Shown piece after piece: positions 35,426 through 45,745 of a stretch of 64,000 bases of DNA. How positions within the stretch are numbered: position 1 is the stretch's first letter; every line of letters starts with the position of its first letter. The position numbers and the translations under genes were made by a program. The notes beneath the pieces are model-generated. The model was not told the DNA's origin. It was given only the letters and a program-made list of their open reading frames with translations, and did not search any database. The stretch lies in the NCBI GenBank assembly GCA_963662655.2, contig CAXXTU010000002.1, positions 480,001 to 544,000 on the forward strand, written 5' to 3'. Origin of the DNA: Candidatus Cloacimonadales bacterium. GTDB lineage: Bacteria > Cloacimonadota > Cloacimonadia > Cloacimonadales > JAIOQZ01.

Positions 35426-35922
35426 GCGAGGATTCCTCCGATTATTCCTGATATGATTGCCGAGAGCGTGGAAATTGCGATCATCAAGCCGGGTAATCGC
35501 ATGATGAGAAGCGTCACGATCAGCGATCCGGCGATATTGGGCAAGCTGCATAACAGAGTCATGTGAAACACCGTCTGCTTTCGGGGTAGCGGAAGCATTG
35601 CCAGATCGCCGAAAATCCCCGGCAATGTGTAGCTGAGAAGCGATACGATTCCGTGACTTCCGAAGAGTCCCATGGCAAGTACTGTGACACCCTGCACGAG
35701 CCCGAATAACGTGCCTGTTCCCGGCTTCCATACGATGGCGATGGTCAGGGCGAGCCACATCATGTACAAGCCTCCAGCAAGCGATCCGCCCGGGATCATC
35801 AGCGGCGCGGAAACAAGATGCACCAATGGCGTCACGATCGGCTTGATCGCGATGCCCAGCGCCGCAAATATCGCGATGGTTAGTAAGTCCTTAGATGAGA
35901 ATCTCGAGAGAAACCGGTTCAT
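35356..35922 (-). CDS. ECF transporter S component (MptD-like)
   Basis: About six TM helices; DLLTIAIFAALG, KPGTGTL..LVQG. Confidence 0.8.
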   Translation of the reverse strand: MNRFLSRFSSKDLLTIAIFAALGIAIKPIVTPLVHLVSAPLMIPGGSLAGGLYMMWLALTIAIVWKPGTGTLFGLVQGVTVLAMGLFGSHGIVSLLSYTLPGIFGDLAMLPLPRKQTVFHMTLLCSLPNIAGSLIVTLLIMRLPGLMIAISTLSAIISGIIGGILAWIIYQRLLQYRVITERSSSSAS

Positions 35923-36055
35923 TCTTCTGTGGTTGCCTTGTCGTTTTTTTTGATTTGCATGCTGCCGATGGTTTCGTTTCCTGTCAAGCGTTCTATTCTT
36001 GTCACGCCTTTTCTCCGCCGAAAGAGTTGACACCCCGAAGTCGGTACGCCCGACC

Positions 36056-36166
36056 CCCGCGGCGGCGGCGTTGAAGCCTATCGGCTTCTGCACGACGGCA
36101 AGAAGTTTTCCCGGAAAACTTCTTGCCGCGTGCTAGTGCGCGGAGCGCACACGCCGCCGCCGCGGG
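36056..36166. repeat. Cruciform REP/REPIN-like element, same family as 30909-31030 (inverted)
   Basis: CCCGCGGCGGCGGCGT / ACGCCGCCGCCGCGGG arms; GAAGCC-TATC-GGCTTC and GTGCGC-GGA-GCGCAC side hairpins; 16-bp central stem. Confidence 0.9.
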
Positions 36167-36335
36167 AGCGTGCTCACGACTTCGTTGCGCGGGTCTATTG
36201 GGCCGGTCGATGGAGAGCTTGGAATCATGAGCCTGCGCTCCCATTTCCTTCAGGAGTATAGCGTGCAAAAAGGAAAAGGATTTCCGGGCGATTTGCATCG
36301 AACCGGAAATCCTTCCGTTCAAGATATCTTGCAAT

Positions 36336-39300
36336 TTATTTCAGAAGCAGCACCTTGCGTGTTTTCGAGGTTTTGCCGTTAATCTCCAGCTTACAGAAAT
36401 AGATGCCGCTGGATACCTTCTTCCCTCTATCGTCCTGACCTCTCCAGACGATGTCGTGAACGCCGGCGTCCTGAACATCGGAAACAAACTTCTTCACGCG
36501 CTGCCCCTTGATGTTGTAGATCGTAAGCTCAACTTCCGATTGCTTGGGAAGCGAGTATTTGAACGTTGTCTCCGGATTGAACGGATTCGGATAGTTGGTG
36601 AATATCTGCTTGTATTGCAGCGCATCGTCGTCGTTGTTCATGAACTGGTTGTAGATGCGCACGGTTCCGTTCAACGTGAGCTGATTCGGGAAGAAGGAAA
36701 CGGAATCGACCTCCGTCATGTTGAAGAAGTAACTGCCTAAGTTCACAAGGACGGAATGCTCGTCCATGAACTGGCTTCGATCCAGCTTGAGCGTAACTTC
36801 GGATAGCGCCTTCAGTTCAAGCTGGATATCCCACGTCTGGACATCTAAATCCAGGTACGTGAACGGGCGTTTGAACTCCTGATAGAACTTCTGTTCCGGA
36901 TATGGACTGAAGTCCTCTTCCTGCAAGATTTGCAGGTTGACCGCGTTGTAAGCGGGTCTGTCCGGAGGCTTCGGTGTGTCGAGGAATTCATCGAAATCGA
37001 CCGTGGATTCCTCGTTCGCGCCCATGATAATGATGTCCTTGTCTTCATCGCCCTGGGAGGCGATCAATTGAAGTTCCCAGGCATCCCTGAAGTATTCGAA
37101 TTTCGGGTTGTGAGCGAACGGCTTGAGCTTGATTCCGAGATCGGGGATGTGGCAGAACATGAAGAATGATTCCTGTGGCATAATCTCGTTCACGAGGCGA
37201 TACCCATCACGGTACACATAGACCGGCTTGGCGATGTAACCATTTCTTACAGCTTCCGTGTATGTGTAAGTATATCCGTTCACAAGGATGGAGATATCTG
37301 TAACGGGAAGTGGTCCGTAATGCGGGTTCGGAACAAAGTTCCAGCCTTCCCGCAGCGATGACTCCCAATCCGTTTCATAGAAGCTGATTCCCCCCATGTA
37401 AAGCCCCCAATATTCGAAACCATACGTCCAGTAGGGGGTACCGAAGCTGTACGTGTCGTCTGAGGTGAAGCCGTTTTGAGGATTCCACTGATACAACTCC
37501 GTGTTGTCACCGGGGGACATTGCGGCGTTTGTGATAGGATTCGACGAGACTTTCCAGCCCGTACCGATTCCCAGTTCGAAGCTGCTTGGCACAATACCGA
37601 AACGGTACTCCGACTCGTAGTCTGTAAATGATCCGTCTTCGAAGTAGGCACGTACGAGGAGCTTGCAATCGGTCATCCACGTAAGATCCGGGACTGTCCA
37701 GTTGTAGCTGGTAGCGCCACCATTGAGGCTATTCGCCACGACAAGCGTATCCGTTCCGGAAACGGCACAGAGTTTGATCGATTCCACAACGACCGGATAG
37801 CTCGTACTCCAGTTGAACGCCACTTCGTCGTTAGCCTGATAGTATCTGTTCTGCATGCTGCCGACGGTTATATTCGGCTGCAAATCTCCCCAATACAGGG
37901 TGAAAGATATCCAGTCCGTGTTGGAGGCGGTGAATTGCAGAGAGCTCTCGGCAAGATTCGTATAGCTGCCGGTCGATAGATTGCGAAGATACATCTTCTC
38001 GCCATTTCGCTCCGGCATCTCGGGAAGCTCGATGTACATCTGCTGACCGGTTTGATTCGTCCGTACGCGTAAGGTCCATGTGTTCAGCCAGGTTTCTTCA
38101 TCGTAATCGTTGTGAATCTCCTGGAAGAGTCTCCGGTAGTTCGCGTCCCAGTACTGCTCATAGAACTCGGCCTGAACGTAGTTTCCGACCGGAACATCGG
38201 TGTTGAGCATATCGAAATGGGAATCCCAGCTATCGGAAGCGTATGCGTTCTTTCCGAAGCGCACCGAGTCGGATACGGTTTGTGACGCGTTGTAAACGTT
38301 CAATTGGTGAATGTATTGAGGTTGCGCTTCCCGGTAGTCGTTGTTCCATGCGATCGTTCCGTCCGTATGTTCCGCATGAACCCGGTAATAATAGATTAGA
38401 CGCTGATCGATATCGTAATCGACATACGAGTAAGATACGTCTTCCTCTGTACTTCCCGCGAGGTTCATGTTCGTTTCCCAAGATGAGATGGTCTCATAGG
38501 GGCCTTCCGGATCCGTCGCGCGATCGATGATAAATCCAGCGTTGTTGCTCTGAGCCTCGGCTATCCATTGAATATCGACGGATTCGCTGCGTCCGTACGC
38601 TGCATAGTCGTCGATGAGCGCTGGCCCGGTGAAAGTCGTGATCTCTTCCGATAACGCGCTGGTGTGGTTATTGAAATCGACTGCCCTGATCGCCATGTAG
38701 TATGTTGTATTCGCTTCGAGGTTGCCGATGGTCACGGAATTGATTGCCTGCCCGGCCATTGTGCTTCTGTTCGATCTCGAGAAGGTTGAATAGGTTCCGT
38801 TTTCGAGCGGCTCCGTCGAGTACAGGATTTGGTAGGAATAAAAATCGTATGCGCTGGAGCGATCCCACTTGAGCGTGATGGAGTCAAATCCCGAGGTTGT
38901 GGTCGTCAAATTCTCCGGCGCTGTCGGGAATTCTCCGTCATCCATTTCGAAGTAATCGTCCAGCGTGCTGCCGATGGCATCGAAAATGGGCTGATAATAC
39001 TGAATCGCGCGATCGTGAACTTTGCTCAAGTTGTATTTGAGTGTAAGCGGATCGAACGCGTTGAACCAGCGCCAGTAATTGGTGGTGTGCGGGTAACATG
39101 ATGGAAGTTCATCAAACTCGATGTGAACAAACGGCTCATGCTGCTCGTAAACGTTCTGTCCGGAAATCGTGTACTGCATTTGGCGGTTGTATTGGTATCC
39201 GGGGAGATCGATTTCGTTGGGGACCTGAATCGTGTCCCCATCGACAACGTAATCGAAACCGTCGCTGGTGTAATAAACTGTGTAGAATTCCTCGATCGTC

Positions 39301-40250
39301 ACCGGGTCGTGAATGCCGATTGTGTTCTCTGGATGAACGATGTAAGGCGTCGCATTGATGAAGTCCTTGTGATCGTAGGAGAGATCGCGGATGGGAAGAC
39401 ACGGGTAATCTCTGTTCCAGTTCCCGGCCGCAATCTGACAGTTATTATACCCGAGGTGGGCGTTCCAGTCGTAACTGTGAAGCTGAACGCAGAGTTCTCT
39501 TTCGCCGGTATCCTCGCGGATATTGTCGCAAAAACGACGGTAGGCGGTATTGAATGTATGGTCGTAATGCCTGGTCGGGTCGCTGATCGATTTCGAATTG
39601 GTGTAGCCATATCCGTCATCGTTCCACATGACCTCGCGTCCAACGCCGCTGATCAAAAGGTATTCCGCGTTCCACTGGAGGAACGTTCTGATACCGAACG
39701 CTGGGGTGATGTAGTCGTCGTTTGGATGCGGAACGGTTACCAGAATCGGCTTTGCATCCTCTTCGGTATTCTTGATATAAAGCCCCCAACCACGGTTAAA
39801 GCTACCGTGTTCGTCATCATAGGTATCGGCAGTAGCATTGTCGTCGTAATAATCGGGATTCACCAATTCGCGGAGCATGTGGTATGTGTTACCGGTATCC
39901 GAATCATGGAATACAACTACCTCATAGGGAAACTCGTATTGTTCGATCAATTCGTCGGCCCCGGTAAGATCGCCTGCGATAAACGCAAGAATGATCTCCT
40001 CCCACTGGGTGAGTTGATCGGCCGAAGGGGCCACGTACGAGCCGAAACCATTGAGCTGTCTATCGTAGGGGGCATAGATGTTATAGCCCGGAGAGGCGAT
40101 TCCCTCCACGATGTGACTTTGCCAGTTGTCGTATGCACAGCCATCGGCAGATGAATAGACGAACTTCGCAAGGGACTCGTATTCTTCAATATAGGGAAAA
40201 CAAGCTGCCGTAACAAGTAGAAGTGTAAAAAGAATCCAGATGTGTTTCAT
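36336..40250 (-). CDS. Large secreted protein with FN3 and FlgD-Ig/T9SS-like C-terminal domain
   Basis: Signal peptide; VTVPHP.DD hydrolase-like N-terminus; PTAPENL...ITLKW...YYMAIRAVD FN3; NYPNPFNPET C-terminus. Confidence 0.85.
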   Translation of the reverse strand: MKHIWILFTLLLVTAACFPYIEEYESLAKFVYSSADGCAYDNWQSHIVEGIASPGYNIYAPYDRQLNGFGSYVAPSADQLTQWEEIILAFIAGDLTGADELIEQYEFPYEVVVFHDSDTGNTYHMLRELVNPDYYDDNATADTYDDEHGSFNRGWGLYIKNTEEDAKPILVTVPHPNDDYITPAFGIRTFLQWNAEYLLISGVGREVMWNDDGYGYTNSKSISDPTRHYDHTFNTAYRRFCDNIREDTGERELCVQLHSYDWNAHLGYNNCQIAAGNWNRDYPCLPIRDLSYDHKDFINATPYIVHPENTIGIHDPVTIEEFYTVYYTSDGFDYVVDGDTIQVPNEIDLPGYQYNRQMQYTISGQNVYEQHEPFVHIEFDELPSCYPHTTNYWRWFNAFDPLTLKYNLSKVHDRAIQYYQPIFDAIGSTLDDYFEMDDGEFPTAPENLTTTTSGFDSITLKWDRSSAYDFYSYQILYSTEPLENGTYSTFSRSNRSTMAGQAINSVTIGNLEANTTYYMAIRAVDFNNHTSALSEEITTFTGPALIDDYAAYGRSESVDIQWIAEAQSNNAGFIIDRATDPEGPYETISSWETNMNLAGSTEEDVSYSYVDYDIDQRLIYYYRVHAEHTDGTIAWNNDYREAQPQYIHQLNVYNASQTVSDSVRFGKNAYASDSWDSHFDMLNTDVPVGNYVQAEFYEQYWDANYRRLFQEIHNDYDEETWLNTWTLRVRTNQTGQQMYIELPEMPERNGEKMYLRNLSTGSYTNLAESSLQFTASNTDWISFTLYWGDLQPNITVGSMQNRYYQANDEVAFNWSTSYPVVVESIKLCAVSGTDTLVVANSLNGGATSYNWTVPDLTWMTDCKLLVRAYFEDGSFTDYESEYRFGIVPSSFELGIGTGWKVSSNPITNAAMSPGDNTELYQWNPQNGFTSDDTYSFGTPYWTYGFEYWGLYMGGISFYETDWESSLREGWNFVPNPHYGPLPVTDISILVNGYTYTYTEAVRNGYIAKPVYVYRDGYRLVNEIMPQESFFMFCHIPDLGIKLKPFAHNPKFEYFRDAWELQLIASQGDEDKDIIIMGANEESTVDFDEFLDTPKPPDRPAYNAVNLQILQEEDFSPYPEQKFYQEFKRPFTYLDLDVQTWDIQLELKALSEVTLKLDRSQFMDEHSVLVNLGSYFFNMTEVDSVSFFPNQLTLNGTVRIYNQFMNNDDDALQYKQIFTNYPNPFNPETTFKYSLPKQSEVELTIYNIKGQRVKKFVSDVQDAGVHDIVWRGQDDRGKKVSSGIYFCKLEINGKTSKTRKVLLLK

Positions 40251-40303
40251 GCTTACCGCCTTTGTTATTCTCAGAGAATTTCTTTTCCGAATACAAAAAT
40301 CGT

Positions 40304-41209
40304 TCAGACCTTGCCGTTTTTGGCAATCTTTTTTTTATGGATTATTATAAGCACGGCTCCCGCAAGTGCAGGCAGGACGGCAGTAAAGAAGAATATTGAA
40401 AGAGATGCTGCCACGGCTACTGCGGACTCGATGCCATATTTGGGCAAAAAATACAAGGCCACTGTCTCGCGAATCCCCAAACCTCCGTAGGTTATCGAAA
40501 TCTGCGTAGCAGTAAGAATGAACGACACGACAACCGAAGTTGAAAGGAGTGAGATACTGGATGTGTCGATGGGGGAAATTTGGTTGCTCAGCAGAATGAA
40601 GTATTGATAGAAGGTGATGAGAATGTATACGGTCTGCGAGGCGATGATTCTGGGCGTGATGCGCTTCAATTGCTTCGGGAAACGGCTCTCCTTCTTGAAC
40701 AGCCGTAACGTCGGCGGCAGCAGGAACGGCATTGCGAGTACCCCGACCAGCGCCAGAATCTTCCACAGAAGCCTGACTTCCGTGAAATAGATGAAGCAAC
40801 TGAAGGAGGCGAAGAGAAACACGATCCAGGACTGGTAAAATTTCTCGACTCCCACCGAAACGGCTGTCGCTTTCTTCTTGTTCTCCACGAAGAACATCTT
40901 TCCGAAGCTGGCATACCCGCCTGGTATCACGAATCCCAAAGCGAGCCCGATGAAATAGGAGCGCAGGACTTCGTTTTTCTTCGGGACGTAGTTGGGATTG
41001 ATGCGCAAGCACCAGTGCCAGTTGTAATACTGGGTTATGAGCTTGATCGCGGTTGTGAGAAGCAGTACCGTGATAACGCTTGCCTTGTACGATGCCAGGT
41101 GCGTCGCGAGAGACAGGAAATCCACCTTGCGGAAAACGAAGTAGAGGATGGCAACGCTGATCGCGATCTTCAGGAGAAAAACGGTTTGCTTGACGATAAT
41201 CTTCCGCAT
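40304..41209 (-). CDS. Lysylphosphatidylglycerol synthase TM (flippase-like) protein
   Basis: Multi-TM; YFIG..LG.VIPG, GGLGIRE. Confidence 0.8.
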   Translation of the reverse strand: MRKIIVKQTVFLLKIAISVAILYFVFRKVDFLSLATHLASYKASVITVLLLTTAIKLITQYYNWHWCLRINPNYVPKKNEVLRSYFIGLALGFVIPGGYASFGKMFFVENKKKATAVSVGVEKFYQSWIVFLFASFSCFIYFTEVRLLWKILALVGVLAMPFLLPPTLRLFKKESRFPKQLKRITPRIIASQTVYILITFYQYFILLSNQISPIDTSSISLLSTSVVVSFILTATQISITYGGLGIRETVALYFLPKYGIESAVAVAASLSIFFFTAVLPALAGAVLIIIHKKKIAKNGKV

Positions 41210-41211
41210 CT

Positions 41212-42228
41212 CTATTTCCATTTCCACTTGCGGAAGAAGCCTGCAATCGTCCAGAAAGAGATATAATAGGGATAGTACAGCAGATAAACGAAGTGACGGA
41301 GATCGAATCTTTGCCTGTGCAGCTTGAGGTTTGCGCCCCACACAACGGAAAAACCGAACCAGTGGAGAAGCAGCGCATCCCAGTTGCCATTGAACAGGTT
41401 CACCGGCAGATAAACGAAGTAGGCGAACACAGCCAGCGTTAGCAGTTGATAGGGGAGACGGGACATTCCGAATTTTGAGTAGCGGCGTAGCTGCTGATCC
41501 GCGTATCCATTTTGAGTGGGAATCGTCCGAACTGGAGCTTCCGGGTTGTAGGCAATCGGGTATCCCGCCTTGTAGACGCGGTTCAGGATGCCTTTATCGT
41601 CTCCGGCTGCAAGATGCCCGTCCGGCTCGTAACCCCTGACGGCAAAAAACACATCCCGCCGGATTGCCAGATTCCGCCCGGTGCAGCTGAAAGGGAATCC
41701 GAGGCCGATGGTGCATGCAAAGGTCGCTGCGGTGCCAAGCTGCGTGAAATTGCGAAACTCGGAAGTCGTGTTTTCGGGCGAGAAGCCCACAACCATGCCA
41801 GTGTTGTCGCCGAAATATCGATTGTACGAATCAAGCCAGTTCGGGGGGGCGATGCAATCCGCGTCCGTGAAGAGGAGGACTGCTTTCCTCGCTTTCCGTG
41901 CGGCGATTGTCAGCGCTGCCTTTTTCCCTCTGAGCTTATCGTCTTTGTGCTCGATCCGAACGCAGGCGGCATTGGCTTTGTCTTTGCAAAAATTGTTTAA
42001 CAGCTCGTAAGTTCTGTCTTCCGAGGCATCATCGACGAGGATGATCTCGAAATCGGGATATTCGATTCCGCCCAGTGAATCAAGCAGCGAAGGCAGGTTT
42101 TTCTCCTCGTTCCGGCAGGCGACGATAATCGAATAGCTTTGCAGTACCGGATCATGAACGGATTTGTTCCGCAATATCCCCCAGGCGAGGATGAGCATGA
42201 ACGCGGTAAACAGCGCAACGATCAGCAT
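41212..42228 (-). CDS. Glycosyltransferase family 2
   Basis: SIIVACRNEE, VDDASED, GKK.AL, FTDADC, GDD. Confidence 0.9.
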   Translation of the reverse strand: MLIVALFTAFMLILAWGILRNKSVHDPVLQSYSIIVACRNEEKNLPSLLDSLGGIEYPDFEIILVDDASEDRTYELLNNFCKDKANAACVRIEHKDDKLRGKKAALTIAARKARKAVLLFTDADCIAPPNWLDSYNRYFGDNTGMVVGFSPENTTSEFRNFTQLGTAATFACTIGLGFPFSCTGRNLAIRRDVFFAVRGYEPDGHLAAGDDKGILNRVYKAGYPIAYNPEAPVRTIPTQNGYADQQLRRYSKFGMSRLPYQLLTLAVFAYFVYLPVNLFNGNWDALLLHWFGFSVVWGANLKLHRQRFDLRHFVYLLYYPYYISFWTIAGFFRKWKWK

Positions 42229-42244
42229 CGATATCTTTCTCTGA

Positions 42245-43249
42245 CTACCGTAAGCCTACTGCTTTTCGAAGCTTTTCCAGCTTCCTGGCTGCTCTCGGAC
42301 GAACCCGTTCCGATCCTTCATCGAGGATGCGGTCGATTTCCCCAGGATTCTTCATGAGCTCATCGTAATTCTCACGATAGGGCCTGATCACTTCGTTCAT
42401 TTTCTCGAACAGCGCTTGCTTGGCATCGCCCCAGCCCATTCCACCGGCCAGATAGCGATTGCGCATGTCGGAAATTTCCTGCTCGTTCGCGAAGAGCCTG
42501 TACAGCGCGAAGACGTTGCACTGGTCGGGGTCTTTGGATTCCTCGACCGTCTGCGAATTGGTAACGATACGCATGACGACTTTGCGAAGCTGTTTCTCCG
42601 GAAGGAACATGGGGATGGTGTTGTTGTAGCTCTTGCTCATCTTTCTGCCGTCAAGCCCCTGGACGATGCGCGTCTCCTCGCGGATGAGCGGCTCGGGTAT
42701 GTTGAACAATTGCTTCTCGTAGATGTAGTTGATCGTCTGGGCGATATCGACGGCCATCTCGACGTGCTGCTTCTGGTCTTGTCCGACGGGTACGAAATCG
42801 GAATCGAACAGGAGGATGTCGGCGGCCATCAGAACCGGATAGGTAAAGAGGCCCATATTGACACCGTCGTCGGGATCCTTACCGGCTTCCGCGTTTTTCT
42901 GGAGCATCGCCTTGTAGGCGTGCGCGCGGTTCATCAAACCCTTTGGCGTAAAGGACGATAGGAACACCATCAGTTCATAGGTTTCCGGCACGGAAGATTG
43001 ACGATACAGGTTAACCTTTTCGGGATCGAGTCCGCATGCCAGCCACGCTGCCGCGATCTCGCGACTCCACTGCTTGAGCAGCTTGGGGTCGCGGATGGAG
43101 TTCAGGCTGTGGTAATCGGCGATGAAGTAGTACGAGAAGTACTCTTCCGCAAGCTCGAGTCCTGGCTTGATCGCGCCAAAATAGTTCCCGAGATGCGGCG
43201 AACCGGTCGGTTTGATTCCCGTAAGAGAAATCTTCTTTCTATCACTCAT
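42245..43249 (-). CDS. trpS: Tryptophanyl-tRNA synthetase
   Basis: TGIKPTG.PHLGNY, YPVLMAADIL, VPVGQDQ.QH, KMSKS. Confidence 0.97.
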   Translation of the reverse strand: MSDRKKISLTGIKPTGSPHLGNYFGAIKPGLELAEEYFSYYFIADYHSLNSIRDPKLLKQWSREIAAAWLACGLDPEKVNLYRQSSVPETYELMVFLSSFTPKGLMNRAHAYKAMLQKNAEAGKDPDDGVNMGLFTYPVLMAADILLFDSDFVPVGQDQKQHVEMAVDIAQTINYIYEKQLFNIPEPLIREETRIVQGLDGRKMSKSYNNTIPMFLPEKQLRKVVMRIVTNSQTVEESKDPDQCNVFALYRLFANEQEISDMRNRYLAGGMGWGDAKQALFEKMNEVIRPYRENYDELMKNPGEIDRILDEGSERVRPRAARKLEKLRKAVGLR

Positions 43250-43288
43250 TGAGATGCTCCTTTCAAAATCGATTGCTGCCACGTGGCA

Positions 43289-43594
43289 TCAATAGTCGTT
43301 ATCATGCTCTTCCAGCCACGACTCCGAATACGCCGATCGGAATTTCCGCTTGAAGAGCTCCACCAAATCCTGGGCGGCCACTTCCTCGTCGGGACCCTCC
43401 ACCGTCATTGTAAGTTCGGTACCGTACTCGGCGGCGAGCATCATAAGGCCCATGATGCTCTTGCCATTGACTTCCACATCATCATTGCGGATCATGATTT
43501 CGGACTGGTATTGGTTCGCGGTTTGCGCCAGACACGAAGAGGGGCGCGCGTGCAGCCCATATTTATTTAAAACAGTTACTGTGCGAGTAATCAT
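43289..43594 (-). CDS. ptsH: HPr phosphocarrier protein
   Basis: GLHARP (His15) and KSIMG (Ser46). Confidence 0.93.
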   Translation of the reverse strand: MITRTVTVLNKYGLHARPSSCLAQTANQYQSEIMIRNDDVEVNGKSIMGLMMLAAEYGTELTMTVEGPDEEVAAQDLVELFKRKFRSAYSESWLEEHDNDY

Positions 43595-43716
43595 GATTTT
43601 ATTCCACGCTTTTTTGTGTTCATCTTCATAGCGACAAGGTGTTTCCTGTCAACTGATACATTGCTGATTTTGCGGCAATCGATTTCCGGCAAAGCTCCAT
43701 TCGTCTTTTCGTCCGA

Positions 43717-45729
43717 TTACAACAGGCCCCAGCGCTTACGCAGGAGCAGCTCGAGTCCATAGCAAATCAAGAAGATAGCCAGCAACCAATATTTTCTGTA
43801 GAGGGCCACTTCCCGGAAGGATTCCCTCGGCACCGGTTCGGATTCTCTGATCGAGCCGTCGTTAACCTGCCGCTGCGTGTAAACCTGGCCGCCGGATTCG
43901 TTCGCGATGAAGCGCAAGAGCGGCTCGTTGAATCCACGATCGGCCAATTCGGCGCTGTAATGCGTAACCACGAAGCTGCCTTCCGCCTGTTGAGCGGTCT
44001 CTTCATCACGTAGCGAGAACGTGTATTTCCCGGGTGTTTCCGGCCTGAACGAAATATTGTACCCGTCGTCGTCGGTTTTCAGGTAGTCCTCGAACGCGCT
44101 TTGGGAATCGGGGCCGGTGATGGAAATCTTCGGATTAAGGCCTTTTAACTGTCTCATGGTCTCGTCGAGGGCGTACAGGCGAATGCGAACATCCTCTCCG
44201 CGCTTGATCACGGATGGCTCCGCGATGGCCTGGAATCGATCTTTCGCCTGCGATGTCAGCCAGGAAACGATGTCGCGACAGAAACCGTTGTAGTTGCCGT
44301 CGTCATTCCACATCTGCCACTTCCACAGATTCAGGAACGCGAAGTACAGCGCTTTCCCCTGCCCGTGGTTTCGGAAGAGGATCGCCGGGCTTCGCTGCTC
44401 GTTTGAGATGATCCCCAATAGCTTCGCATCGAGCTTCGGATTCGTGTATAGGTAATCGACCGGAGGGATCGACGCAGCGTTTTGATGAGCAAACGTTTCG
44501 TATTGAGCTGCTTCCTCGGTGAAGAGAAGGCTGCCTTCGAAGCTGCGTTGGATGTTGGATCGATTCGCCGGCAGAATTTCTTCAAGAACCGGGTATCCGA
44601 TCGTCCATAATCCGCTTCCCTGCTGAACGGCTTCGTTGATTCGAGTGGAAAACGGTGCGGGAATACGCAGGTTTCCGTGATTGATAACGATCAACAGATG
44701 ATAGTTCAGCTTTGCCAGTTCGGGGTTCTGGATGCGGTACTTGTCGCGATAGAACATGCCTTTCTGGTAGCGGAGAATATCCAGATTCCAGTGGCGGTCG
44801 AGCTGCAGGGCGTTCTTGATGAATCGCAGATCCCATCCCATGTTGTCCGTGAGGACAAGGATATCCTTGCGTTTGGTCGTTACGCTCACGCCGGTCGGTT
44901 TGAGGTTGTTTCCCAGGTTGGTCTCGGGCGTTTGCGCTTTGATTGCGTCAATGCGAACCTCGACCAGGTGAAGCCCTTCATTCTGAAATCTGTGTTCGAA
45001 GAGGATTTCCTGATATTGATTGCCGCGGAACGAGATGGTCTTCCGGGCAGCTTCCTTTTTATCGATCAGCAACGTAATATTCGCTTCTCCCTCGAAATCT
45101 CTCGCTCCCGCCTCGACTGCGATGGGTGCGATTTCGTCGATGAAAGCTTCGCGGTTAGCTGTGACGGAAGTGATCTCCAGATCGAAATCGGTCTCCCGGT
45201 ACTCCGGGATGAACACGTCGATCGGCACATTGAGCTTGCGAAGAAAGTCGAGATTCTCATCCTGTAGCCAGCCGTCCGACGCGAGCAGGATCCGGTTGAC
45301 GTGTTCGAAGCGCTGACTCTTGATCAACTGCTCCAGCGCAGGCTCGAGTCTGGTGGATTGCCTTCTCAGGCTGTCGCCCTTCTCGATAAGACCGTCCGCG
45401 AAAGCATAGCGGTTTCGAGCGAAATCCTTCCTTTTATATAAATCGTCAATGGGCTCCAGCAGTCCGGAAACCAGTTGAGATTTACTCGCTTCACCCGCTT
45501 TCTGATCCATGCTCATGGAGCGATCTTCCAGGATCACCACCTGTGGATCGATCATTGTACGCTGTATGTATCGCAGCACCGGGTTGAGGAGGTAGATCAA
45601 TACAACAACCGCCGCTGCCGCTCTGAGGGTGAGAAGCAGATATCTCTTCGACGACCCGATTTCGGGAACCGTCTTTCGGTAGTAGAAATAGATGATCGCT
45701 ATGAATATTGCCGAGAAAAAGTAGATCAT
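43717..45729 (-). CDS. Membrane-anchored vWA-like / glutamine-amidotransferase-like domain protein
   Basis: N-terminal TMs, EDRSMSM MIDAS-like motif, ASDG, WKWQM, C-terminal TM with LRKRWGLL. Confidence 0.75.
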   Translation of the reverse strand: MIYFFSAIFIAIIYFYYRKTVPEIGSSKRYLLLTLRAAAAVVVLIYLLNPVLRYIQRTMIDPQVVILEDRSMSMDQKAGEASKSQLVSGLLEPIDDLYKRKDFARNRYAFADGLIEKGDSLRRQSTRLEPALEQLIKSQRFEHVNRILLASDGWLQDENLDFLRKLNVPIDVFIPEYRETDFDLEITSVTANREAFIDEIAPIAVEAGARDFEGEANITLLIDKKEAARKTISFRGNQYQEILFEHRFQNEGLHLVEVRIDAIKAQTPETNLGNNLKPTGVSVTTKRKDILVLTDNMGWDLRFIKNALQLDRHWNLDILRYQKGMFYRDKYRIQNPELAKLNYHLLIVINHGNLRIPAPFSTRINEAVQQGSGLWTIGYPVLEEILPANRSNIQRSFEGSLLFTEEAAQYETFAHQNAASIPPVDYLYTNPKLDAKLLGIISNEQRSPAILFRNHGQGKALYFAFLNLWKWQMWNDDGNYNGFCRDIVSWLTSQAKDRFQAIAEPSVIKRGEDVRIRLYALDETMRQLKGLNPKISITGPDSQSAFEDYLKTDDDGYNISFRPETPGKYTFSLRDEETAQQAEGSFVVTHYSAELADRGFNEPLLRFIANESGGQVYTQRQVNDGSIRESEPVPRESFREVALYRKYWLLAIFLICYGLELLLRKRWGLL

Positions 45730-45745
45730 GTAACGCTCTTGAGTA

